From an uncultured Gemmatimonadales bacterium (lineage in GTDB: Bacteria; Gemmatimonadota; Gemmatimonadetes; Longimicrobiales; RSA9): a stretch of 64,000 nt of DNA. The notes below the pieces were generated by a model. That model was not told the DNA's origin. It saw nothing but the letters and a program-made list of their open reading frames with translations, and made no database searches. The translations under genes were made by a program, and so were the position numbers. The stretch covers positions 608,001 through 672,000 of the forward strand of contig CAWCRS010000003.1 of the NCBI GenBank assembly GCA_963798085.1, in the 5' to 3' direction. Positions 53,107-61,856 of the stretch are shown in pieces (positions within the stretch are counted from its first letter, which is position 1; every line of letters starts with the position of its first letter).

Positions 53107-54183
53107 ATGACAAGTGAGAGCCGAATCTTCGTTCTGCGCCATTGCCGGCGTCTGCTGCCCTCCCTTGCATTGCTGGCGGCCACGGTCGGGGCGCGGCCCG
53201 CCAGCGCGCAGTCCGTGCTGGATCGGCCGCCCAACATGGGCGGCACCTGGACGGGTGATCCGGGCATGCTGTACTTCACCTTCATTCACCGCTTCGTGGC
53301 AACACCCGCACCGGAACGCAAGGTCATCAACGTGCCCACGTTCCTGCTCGCGGGCGCCGCGCCGGGTCACACGCTCTGGGGTTTTCGCTACGCCACCAAT
53401 TCCGGCGTCAAGCCGGCCGTGCCCAACGAATGGGAGTTCTTCGGCCGCTGGAACCCACTGGCGGAATCCCGCGGCGCGCCGGTCGACCTGGCTGTGCACG
53501 GCGGCTACAACACCGCCGCCCAGAGCGTGGACGGCGAGCTGGCGCTGTCGCGCCGGCTGGGACGCCTGCGCCTGCTGGGCGCCGGCCGCGCCTTCTCCAG
53601 CGCGTACGACTCCAGCAAGGCAAGATTCGCGGTGGCGGGCGGGGCCACGCTCATGCTCACCTCCAACATTGCGTTAGCCGGCGACGTGGCTGGCACGCTG
53701 GATCGCAAGACCTACGGTCAGGACATCGCGTGGGGCGCGGGACTCCAGCTGCACATCCCCTACACACCGCACACGTTTTCTCTGCAGGTGACCAACACCA
53801 ACAGCGCCACGCTGGAGGGAGCGTCCGTGGGCAGCGGCCGCAGGCGCTACGGCTTCGAGTTCACGATTCCGCTCACCATGCGCCGCTACTTCGGCAGCCG
53901 CAGCACTGCGGCGCCCGCCGTACAGGCCAATGGCGATACCGTGCGCATCATCATGCAGGGTCTGCAGTACCAGACGCCCAGGGTGGAGATCCGGCCCGGC
54001 ACGACGGTGGTCTGGGAGAACCACGACGCGGTTCCGCATACGAGCACATCCGACAAGGGACTCTGGGATTCCGGCCTCATCGATGCGGGCAGGTCCTGGG
54101 CGCACACCTTCGGCGACCCCGGCACGTACGCATTCCACTGCACGCCGCACCCGTTCATGAAAGGCGAAGTGATCGTGCGCTGA
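53107..54183 (+). CDS. Secreted protein: predicted beta-barrel (DUF5777-like) fused to a C-terminal cupredoxin
   Basis: GGAG SD, signal peptide ASA-Q, FTFIHRF, amphipathic strands, then VPH...HCTPHPFM type 1 copper site. Confidence 0.8.
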   Translation: MTSESRIFVLRHCRRLLPSLALLAATVGARPASAQSVLDRPPNMGGTWTGDPGMLYFTFIHRFVATPAPERKVINVPTFLLAGAAPGHTLWGFRYATNSGVKPAVPNEWEFFGRWNPLAESRGAPVDLAVHGGYNTAAQSVDGELALSRRLGRLRLLGAGRAFSSAYDSSKARFAVAGGATLMLTSNIALAGDVAGTLDRKTYGQDIAWGAGLQLHIPYTPHTFSLQVTNTNSATLEGASVGSGRRRYGFEFTIPLTMRRYFGSRSTAAPAVQANGDTVRIIMQGLQYQTPRVEIRPGTTVVWENHDAVPHTSTSDKGLWDSGLIDAGRSWAHTFGDPGTYAFHCTPHPFMKGEVIVR

Positions 54184-54539
54184 CGTACGTGAAGTGGAAT
54201 CCTCAGAACGAGGATCGCGCGAACTGCACTCCCGGCTCACTCAAACTGCCGGACCGTTCCGGCCTGACTCCAGCGCATACCCCCGCCTCGCACGGTTGCG
54301 TGAGGGCGGCGTACTGGTGGGCGGGGCAATGCGGGCGCGGAGATGGCAGCGCGTTGCGTACGACCGACGTCGCCTCCCGTTGCGCATCTGGCACTGTGTC
54401 CTGTGAACCCGGGTGACCTGACCATTGCGCCGGATCGGGGTTCCCAGTCGTGCATTGGCGGAACGCGTCCCGGCCGATATGTACCCGATTGAGGCGAGCA
54501 CAACGCTGCCCATCATCGTGCGGGAAGGCGTGGCGATTT

Positions 54540-54670
54540 CGGACCGTCTTGGCGTTCTTGGGTTCTGGCCGGTTCATGCATGAATGCATGGTAGCAGGGG
54601 TCGGCGCGGCCCCATTACGCATGCGGCGATAGTGGCACCGGCCAAAACCCAAGAACGCCAAGACGGTCCG
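54540..54670. repeat. Inverted-repeat-bounded element, copy 3 (131 bp)
   Basis: 34-bp arms 54540-54573 and 54637-54670 match 33/34; extra partial arm at 54691-54710. Confidence 0.9.
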
Positions 54671-54711
54671 ATAGGGGGAACGCCAGGACAGGAAACGCCA
54701 AAACGGTCCGA

Positions 54712-57324
54712 TCAGTCTGTCCGAAGCACCTCCGCCGGACGGACGCGCAGTGCCCGCCGGGCCGGCACGCCGCTGCCGGCCCAGGCGGCGGCCAGCAGCA
54801 GCGCCGCAGCGGCGAGGTACGTCAGTGGATCCTGCGCGGTCACGCCGTAAAGCATGCTGCTGACGGCGCGCGTGACCACGAGCGCGAGCCCGCTGCCGAT
54901 CACCACGCCGGCCAGCGCCGGCCGCAGTGTAGCGCGCTGCAGTCTGCCGAACTCCTTCCACGGGTGCGCGCCCAGGGCCACGCGGATGCCGATCTCGCGA
55001 CGCCGCCGCTCCACGGCATACGCCACCACGCCGGCACTGCCGATCACCGCGAGCAGCGCGGCGACGCCGCCGAAGACGGACAGCAGGATCAGCGAGAAGC
55101 GCTGCGTGACGTAAGTCGCCACCAGCCTCTCATCGATCGTGCGCAGCGATACGGGCACCTCGGGATCGAGACCGCGCGAGCGCGCCCGCACGCCAGCGGC
55201 GACAGCGCTCAGATTGCCGTGGTAGCGCAGCACGAATGTCATGTCGGATGCGCGCAGGCCGCGCTGTGTGTAAGGCACATAGACCTCATGCTGCGAGTTC
55301 ATGGCGCTGGCCCAGTGCCGCACGTTGCCCACCACACCCACCACGGTGAGCCACGTCCTCTCATCCTGCACGCCGAAATCGTTGTTGTGACGCAGGTGCT
55401 TGCCCAGCGGACTCTCATCGGGCCAGAGGCGCCTGGCGAGCGATTCCGAGATCAGCGCGACGTCGGGCGAACCCATGCGGTCCGAAGGCCGGAAATTGCG
55501 GCCGCCCAGCAGCGGAATGCCCATGGCGGAAAAGTAGGCGGCATTGACAATGCGCAGTCCCGCCATTGACACGTTGTTAGCCTGATAGCCGACGTCGGGC
55601 TGATACGCCGGCGCGGTGTCCGCGTAGCGGTCCAGCGGCAGCTGCGTGGTGGCGCCGAGAGCCGTCACACCCGGCACCTGTCGAAGCGCGGTCGTCAACG
55701 CATTGACGTAGCGGATGCGCGCGTCGCCATCCGCGTAGCGCGAAGGCGGCAGCGCCACCTGTACAGCGAGCAGATCCCGCGGATCCCAGCCCAGTGAGGC
55801 TCCGCGTATCGCCACCACGCTGCGCACCAGCAGGCCCACCCCTACCAGCAGCGCCATGGCGGCCGCGATCTCGCTCGCCACCAGCACGCTCCACGACCGG
55901 CCCCGACCGCGTCCCACGACACGCAGCGTGGTCGCGAGCGCCTTGCGTGTCGTGAGCAGCGCCGGGCTCAGACCGAAGAGCATCACGCTGACCATTCCGG
56001 CGAGAACCACGAAGAGCACAACAGCGCCATTGAGTTTCACCTCCGAGAGGCGAGGCACCAGGTTGGCGCCAAACGCGCGCACCAGGTACAGGCCGCCCCG
56101 CGCCAGCAGCAGCCCACCGGCCGCGCCCAGCACCGCTAACACCATACTTTCGGTGAGGAGCACGCCTGCCGCGCGGGCGCGCGATGCGCCCAGTGACAAC
56201 CGCACCGCCAGCTCCCTCGCCCGCGCCGTGCCGCGTGCCAGCAGCGCACTGGCGACATTGGCGCAGGCGACGAGCAGCACGAAGCCGGCGGCGGCGAACA
56301 GGGTGAGCAGCGTTTCCCGTACCCCGGCCACCGCCCAGTCGCGCAGCAGCACGACGTGTGCGCCGGAGGCGAACGACGTCTGCTCGCTCCGGCCGCTGAT
56401 GCGCTTCGCGATGGCGCTCAGCTCTGCTTCCGCCGCAGCGGCGGTGACGCCATCACGCAGGCGGCCGAACGCACCGAACGCAGGCCACGACCGGACCTCC
56501 CAGATCGGCTCACGCTCGTGCAGCACCCAGATGTCTGTCGGCCCCAGAAACTCGAAACCGGGCGGCATGACGCCGATCACGGCGTGCGGCGCTCCCAGAA
56601 GGTCGAGCGAAATGGCGTTGAGGTCGGCGCGGCCGCCGAACAGTCGCTGCCACGCGCCCCAACTGAGCACTGCGACCGGCGGTGGCTGCCGGCCCGATTC
56701 CGCGCTCGAGAACGTGCGCCCGCGAACGGCCGCGACACCCAGCACATCGAAGAAATTCGCGGACACGCGCTGCACGCGCAGCCGGGCCGCGTCATTGCCA
56801 CCCAGCACGGTCTCGGCGGTCAACGGGAGGTAGCTCGCAATGCCGGTGAAGCTCTTCTGCAGGTCGTTCCAGTCGCGCCAGTCCGGGCGCGAAATCGGAA
56901 TGATCCCACCGTCGCCGGTGCGCGTGTCGACACGCACCAGACGGTCACTCGCGGGGAACGGCAGCGGGCGCCTTAACACGCCGTTTACCACGCTGTAGAG
57001 CGCGGCCACCGCGCCAATGCCCAGGGCCAGCGTGATGACGGTCGTAAACGTGAACGTGGGCGTGCGTCGCAGCGACCGGATGGCCCAGCGCACCTCGCGC
57101 AGCACGCCCGTCAGTGAAAACTGCTCGCGCTGCAGCACCAGCGCGTCCAGCGGCGCACCCAGCGCCCGCCGCGCCAGCCCGCGATCGTCTTCGTGCGCAC
57201 GCGCCCCCAATTCCGCTTCCCATTCCTCACGCCACTCGCGCCGCCGCTGCCGCGGCACGAGCCACGACGTGGCGCGCACGATCACGCGCGCCAGCCAGCC
57301 GCGGTCCTGTGCGGGTCCGGTCAT
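54712..57324 (-). CDS. ADOP-type duplicated ABC permease
   Basis: EVRWAIRSLRRTPTF, LLVACANVA, ELAVRLSLGA, EIGIRVALGA. Confidence 0.9.
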   Translation of the reverse strand: MTGPAQDRGWLARVIVRATSWLVPRQRRREWREEWEAELGARAHEDDRGLARRALGAPLDALVLQREQFSLTGVLREVRWAIRSLRRTPTFTFTTVITLALGIGAVAALYSVVNGVLRRPLPFPASDRLVRVDTRTGDGGIIPISRPDWRDWNDLQKSFTGIASYLPLTAETVLGGNDAARLRVQRVSANFFDVLGVAAVRGRTFSSAESGRQPPPVAVLSWGAWQRLFGGRADLNAISLDLLGAPHAVIGVMPPGFEFLGPTDIWVLHEREPIWEVRSWPAFGAFGRLRDGVTAAAAEAELSAIAKRISGRSEQTSFASGAHVVLLRDWAVAGVRETLLTLFAAAGFVLLVACANVASALLARGTARARELAVRLSLGASRARAAGVLLTESMVLAVLGAAGGLLLARGGLYLVRAFGANLVPRLSEVKLNGAVVLFVVLAGMVSVMLFGLSPALLTTRKALATTLRVVGRGRGRSWSVLVASEIAAAMALLVGVGLLVRSVVAIRGASLGWDPRDLLAVQVALPPSRYADGDARIRYVNALTTALRQVPGVTALGATTQLPLDRYADTAPAYQPDVGYQANNVSMAGLRIVNAAYFSAMGIPLLGGRNFRPSDRMGSPDVALISESLARRLWPDESPLGKHLRHNNDFGVQDERTWLTVVGVVGNVRHWASAMNSQHEVYVPYTQRGLRASDMTFVLRYHGNLSAVAAGVRARSRGLDPEVPVSLRTIDERLVATYVTQRFSLILLSVFGGVAALLAVIGSAGVVAYAVERRRREIGIRVALGAHPWKEFGRLQRATLRPALAGVVIGSGLALVVTRAVSSMLYGVTAQDPLTYLAAAALLLAAAWAGSGVPARRALRVRPAEVLRTD

Positions 57325-57641
57325 GAGCGACCCCGCTCCGTCACCAGACGCGTGGAAAGCAGGCGCTTCGCGCTCGCGAGCTTGTCCGCCGACGCCGCAA
57401 TGGCGCGTTCGCCGTGGGCGGTCAGCTCGTACAGACGACGACGCGGCCGGCCGTCATCCAGTGCCTGCGTCGCCGCCTCCCAGCGCGAACGCAACAGGCC
57501 TTCGCGCTCCAGGCGCCGCAGCGCGGGATAGACAGTGCCGCTCGCCAGCCCGGTCGCGTCCATCACGTCGAAGCCATAGCGATAGCCCGCCGCGATGGCG
57601 CGCAGGACCAATGCCGTGATGTGGGTCATGCGAATCGTCAT
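57321..57641 (-). CDS. PadR family transcriptional regulator
   Basis: YGFDVM, SGTVYPALRRLE, RPRRRLYELT; ATGA overlap with the permease. Confidence 0.9.
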   Translation of the reverse strand: MTIRMTHITALVLRAIAAGYRYGFDVMDATGLASGTVYPALRRLEREGLLRSRWEAATQALDDGRPRRRLYELTAHGERAIAASADKLASAKRLLSTRLVTERGRS

Positions 57642-57872
57642 GGGCCTGCACCACCTGTCTTGTCGTGTCACTCACCCTGCTGGTCCACCACTACGAGCGT
57701 GTCCGATGCCAGCGATGAAGCCGTGTCAGTTCGTCCGCCGGCGTTCCCGCCGTCGGCGCGGCATTGTTTCTTCAGGTGTCGTCTTCTACATAGATAGCGA
57801 AAGCGCCGGCCGCGTTGCAGACCTGCCGGGCGGAGGGGTGAATGGCTGCCGGGTCGGGCCAGCATGGATTCT

Positions 57873-58014
57873 CGGACCGTCCTGGCGTTCTTTCCTTTCG
57901 GTCCCTGCGGCCATGCCGGCGGCCCACCTGCGTATCGATTGACCAGCTTTCATTCCTCTGTGGGTCGCGCTGATTTCCGTAGCGGCCGGAAAGCAAGAAT
58001 GCCAAGACGGTCCG
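57873..58014. repeat. Inverted-repeat-bounded element, copy 4 (142 bp; inverted homolog of copy 1)
   Basis: Same arms; reverse complement aligns ungapped to 8473-8614; extra degenerate arm at about 58025-58047. Confidence 0.88.
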
Positions 58015-58174
58015 ATAGGTCCAGGCAAGAATGCCAGACTGGTCCCGATAGCATCACGCGAGCATGCCACTGCGCTGACCCAATCCCATTACAGCCTCCG
58101 CGGCAGATCGGGCAGACAGGATGCCTGGGACGCCCGACGACGGGGGCAGGGCCTGGCGGGACGGATCGCGATCG

Positions 58175-59656
58175 CTAGAGGGATGCGAGGAAGCGCAGCA
58201 GCAGCGTCTGCGAGGCGGCGTCCAGCTGGGTGAATGCGTCGCGGGCGCGCTGGGCTTCGCCGTCGTGCGCGAGTATCGCGGCGCGGGGGGTCGTAGCGCG
58301 ACCATTGTGCAGCAGGAGGGTCCGGAAACGCAGGCCCCAGAGCGGGGACGTGCGCCATTCGGCGGGCGCTGCGTTGTGGCCGCAGATGTCGCCCATCGCT
58401 GTGCCCATGTCGTGCAGCAGCAGGTCGGAATACAACGGCACGCTACGCCGGTCGAATACGGCGCGTTCGCTTTTCGCGGTGCGCAGGGCCGGCGTATGGC
58501 AGCTGGCGCAGCCGATGCGCTGAAACAGCTGCGCGCCGCGCGCAGTGGAATCGGCAGCAGCTCCGCTCAGCGGCTCGCGCGGCGGTGGCGCGAGAAAGCG
58601 CACGTAGTCGCGCAGCAGGTCGATGCCGCGCTGCTCGATCTCGGGCTCGGGCATGGGATCCACGCCGGTCGGGAGCGGCACGCCGTTGGGTTTTTCCTCG
58701 ACGGGATGCGTCGGCGTGGTGAGCCCGATCTCGAAGCGCAGCGCGGTGTCGATGAAATCCGGGATGGAGGCGACGTCTTCCTTCCGGCTGAAGCGGCCGC
58801 TGCGCCCATTGGGCGTGCGTCCGACACGCCCGGAAATGCCGTCGCCATCGGCGTCCGCGGAGTCCGCGCGCGCCGCGATTTCGGCGTCCGGGATGGCCGC
58901 GATCAGACCCAGACCGAACAGTGGCGGGGCCACGATGTGAGCGACGCCGCTGGCATCGGCGGGCACATGCTCGGAGGCAATGCCGCGTGCGCTGAGCAAC
59001 GGTGTCGCGTGCTGCTGGATGTTGTCGCCGCCTTCGTTCTCCAGCACATCGCATCGGCCCGCACTGAAGCGCGTGGCTCTGGTCACGAGCAGGGTGCCGG
59101 ACCCGCCTGAAGCGGGCACGTTGTGGCAGGCGCTGCAGCGCTCGGCGTTGAACAGCGGTCCCAGGCCTTCCTCCGGCACTGCGAGCCGCTCGAACACCGC
59201 GCGTCCCAGCAGGAACCGCCCCAGGTCCTCCTCACCCAGCCCGGGCAGCGGCTCGCCCGGTGCCGCTGACACGGCGTTAGTCGGGCCCCGGCCGCAGGCC
59301 ATGACGCAGAGGGCAACGCCGGCGAGCCGCAGAGCGAGTCCACCTGCCCGTCGCGGGCGTGCGGTTCGCGCGTCGCGGCAGCAGCTCGGAGTCGCGGCGG
59401 AAGGCCCACCGCGACCGGGGAACCCGGCCGGCCCCACCCCGCCTGCAACCGGTCCGGCTGCGTCCATTGGGGAACGGTTCGATACCGCGCAGAGCGCAGC
59501 GCCGCGGCCTAAACAGCGTGTCAGGTCCGGCAGGACCGCACCGGGTGTGCGCCGCCCGCGCAACCGGGCGTCCGCCGCGACGCCGCGGCGTGCACCATCG
59601 TCTCGTTGCGGTGAAGCGGCGAGGCGGAGTCGTCGCATGGAATCCGTGCGGCTCAT
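58175..59656 (-). CDS. Di-heme oxidoreductase (DHOR) family protein, probable lipoprotein; start uncertain (59656 ATGA-coupled, or later)
   Basis: GLGPLFN..CSACH, PLFGLGLI, DADGDGISGR, GCASCH, YSDLLLHDMG, WRTSPLWG, LLHNGRA. Confidence 0.85.
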   Translation of the reverse strand: MSRTDSMRRLRLAASPQRDDGARRGVAADARLRGRRTPGAVLPDLTRCLGRGAALCAVSNRSPMDAAGPVAGGVGPAGFPGRGGPSAATPSCCRDARTARPRRAGGLALRLAGVALCVMACGRGPTNAVSAAPGEPLPGLGEEDLGRFLLGRAVFERLAVPEEGLGPLFNAERCSACHNVPASGGSGTLLVTRATRFSAGRCDVLENEGGDNIQQHATPLLSARGIASEHVPADASGVAHIVAPPLFGLGLIAAIPDAEIAARADSADADGDGISGRVGRTPNGRSGRFSRKEDVASIPDFIDTALRFEIGLTTPTHPVEEKPNGVPLPTGVDPMPEPEIEQRGIDLLRDYVRFLAPPPREPLSGAAADSTARGAQLFQRIGCASCHTPALRTAKSERAVFDRRSVPLYSDLLLHDMGTAMGDICGHNAAPAEWRTSPLWGLRFRTLLLHNGRATTPRAAILAHDGEAQRARDAFTQLDAASQTLLLRFLASL

Positions 59657-61083
59657 GGCTGGCGCGCGCGCGGCGAGTCGCGTTTCACGGTATCGCCCGC
59701 GGCGGCGAGCAGGCGTTGCGCGCGCGTCACGGCCGCGTCCACGCCCGGCGCGAGGATGCCTGCGTCCTTCTGCTGCTGCAGCAGGTGGAGCGCCAGCAGC
59801 GGCGGCACCGGCTGCAGTTCCGTCTGGCGAGAGGCGACCGCATCGAGATAGCGGTCGACTCGCCGGGCGGCGCTGTCGGCGCGCGCCCGGCCCCCGCCGG
59901 CGGTTGCGAGCGCAGCGGCGTCGAGGTGCGTGGCGCCCTCGAGCGCCTGCAGGTCGGTGCGGTAGCGACCGCGGATGGCCGCGCGCACGCTGTCCGGCAG
60001 CTGGAAGCCTTCGGCCTCGGCCTGTGTAGCGATCAGCTCGCGCGCGACAATGGGTCGGAGAAACGAAAGCGCGTCGCTGCTGTCCGCCGAGGCCAGCTGC
60101 GCGCGTGTGTCGGGCGGCAGAAAGAGCACATACCGCGCGAGTTGACCGGCGTTGAAGCTGCCGCCCTGCCAGCGAGCGACGGTGTCGGTGGCGCCGGCCT
60201 GATTCCACGGATCGGCGGCGACGTGCAGCACGAGTGCCGCCGCCGCGGCCGCCAGCTTCAGGCCGCGCGCGTTCACGATCGAATCCGTGTAGGCGGAATC
60301 GGCGCGCGCGCTGGCTTCCTCGGCCAGCAGGCGCACGAAGATCGGGCGCACGTCGTTCAGGCGGGGGCGATGGATGATGTGGAAGCCGAAGCGGGTCTCG
60401 ACGACAGGCGAGAGCTGCCCCGGCTTGAGCGCGAACGCGGCACGCTCGAACTCGGGCGCCATGTCCCCGCGGCGCACCAGGCCGAGAATGCCTTCCGCGG
60501 CCTTCGCATCCTCATCCTCGCTCTCCTGATTGGCGTCCTTCCAGGAGCCGCCACTAACGAGTTGTTTAAGAATGCGCACCGCGGTGCGGCGCTGCAGCTC
60601 CTTTTCTTCCGGCCGCATTTCTTCGCCCACGCGCCGGAAGATGTGCGCGAACAGACGCACGTCGCCGGCATTGTAGACGCTGTCCGCAACGCCGGCGGCC
60701 TGCGTGGTGGGCTCGGGAAAACGGGCGCGCAGGAAGGCGTCCGTGAGTGCATCGCGGGTGTCGAGCAGAGTGGCGTCGTGCACGACGCCGGGTTCGAGCA
60801 GCGAATCGCCGGCAGCGAGCTGCTGCGCGAAAGCGGTCAGGTGCAGCCACGCGCGGGCCAGTTCGCCCGCAACATCGCTGCGCAGGGGCAGGGGCTGCGA
60901 GAGCACGAGAATGCGAGCCAGGCGCTCACTCGAGAGCGACTGCCGGCCGAAGCGCGCGGCGGCGGCGCCGGCGGCAGCGCCGGAATCCGAGCCGGCGCAG
61001 GCGGCCGCGCCCGCGAGCAGCAGCCAGCACACCGCCTGTTGTGCATGGCAAACGAGGGGAGCCGGGCGTCGATGCGATTTCAT
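59653..61083 (-). CDS. Parvulin/PpiC-type peptidylprolyl isomerase, probable lipoprotein
   Basis: G.LG...RGDMAPEFERAAFALKPGQLSPVVETRFGFHII; lipobox-like AAAC. Confidence 0.85.
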   Translation of the reverse strand: MKSHRRPAPLVCHAQQAVCWLLLAGAAACAGSDSGAAAGAAAARFGRQSLSSERLARILVLSQPLPLRSDVAGELARAWLHLTAFAQQLAAGDSLLEPGVVHDATLLDTRDALTDAFLRARFPEPTTQAAGVADSVYNAGDVRLFAHIFRRVGEEMRPEEKELQRRTAVRILKQLVSGGSWKDANQESEDEDAKAAEGILGLVRRGDMAPEFERAAFALKPGQLSPVVETRFGFHIIHRPRLNDVRPIFVRLLAEEASARADSAYTDSIVNARGLKLAAAAAALVLHVAADPWNQAGATDTVARWQGGSFNAGQLARYVLFLPPDTRAQLASADSSDALSFLRPIVARELIATQAEAEGFQLPDSVRAAIRGRYRTDLQALEGATHLDAAALATAGGGRARADSAARRVDRYLDAVASRQTELQPVPPLLALHLLQQQKDAGILAPGVDAAVTRAQRLLAAAGDTVKRDSPRARQP

Positions 61084-61346
61084 GCGCAAGTGCGGAACCT
61101 CCGATCGACCTCCAGCCGCCGGGTCGCTGATTGCGTGTGCGTCGGCGGCGCGCGAAATGTGGCGGTGCATGTCTTACGTTAGTCTGTCGGGCGCCGGGAT
61201 GCAGCGGGTCCCGGCCGGCCGCGTGTTCGTTGACGGCGTGTGGCTGTCCGCGGGCGGATCCCATGTCTATGTTGCGGCAACCGCCCGGAACGGTGCAGCG
61301 CATCCTCGGTGCGTGTGGTGTTCCGGCCCGAATGCAGGCGGCACTC

Positions 61347-61823
61347 ATGTCATTCGCTCGCTCCATGCCACGGTTGTATCTGCCGGTGCTGCTGCTGCTG
61401 AGCCCGCTCGCGCGCGCAGCGGCGCAGGCGACGCAGCTGCCCGAGGGTTCGCGCGTGCGTCTCGTTGCGGTGGGCGGCTACAGCGCGGAAGGCAGCGTGT
61501 TGCGTTTTACGGGAGATTCACTGGCCGTGCGTGCCGCAGTCGGCGATCTGGTGCTGCCGGTCGCCGCGCTGCGGCGACTGGAAGTACTGCGGGCGCAGAC
61601 GGGCGGGTTTGCCGCGTTCCGCAAAGGTCTGATGTGGGGCGCCGGTCTGGGTGTGGTGGCGAGCGCGGCTGCGGCCATCGCCAACGGCGGCTCCGTGGAC
61701 ACGAAGATCACCACACCGCTGATCGGCGCGTCCACCATCGCCGGCGGACTTGTGAGCCTGGTGTTCATGCGCGGCCACTCGTGGCAGATCGTGGCACTGC
61801 CCGGAAGGGCGAACCAGCGCTGA
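61347..61823 (+). CDS. Hypothetical secreted/membrane protein
   Basis: Signal peptide (AAA-Q), LPEGSRVRL beta domain, two Gly-rich hydrophobic helices. Confidence 0.65.
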   Translation: MSFARSMPRLYLPVLLLLSPLARAAAQATQLPEGSRVRLVAVGGYSAEGSVLRFTGDSLAVRAAVGDLVLPVAALRRLEVLRAQTGGFAAFRKGLMWGAGLGVVASAAAAIANGGSVDTKITTPLIGASTIAGGLVSLVFMRGHSWQIVALPGRANQR

Positions 61824-61856
61824 TCGGGCAGACGACGCGCCGTCGCCTCGATGGTA

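Noticed and set aside
50590..54183. 1197-aa TonB receptor-cupredoxin mega-fusion
   Set aside because: A shifted frame gives a typical receptor end (GIRWQN*), and the second gene has its own SD and signal peptide.
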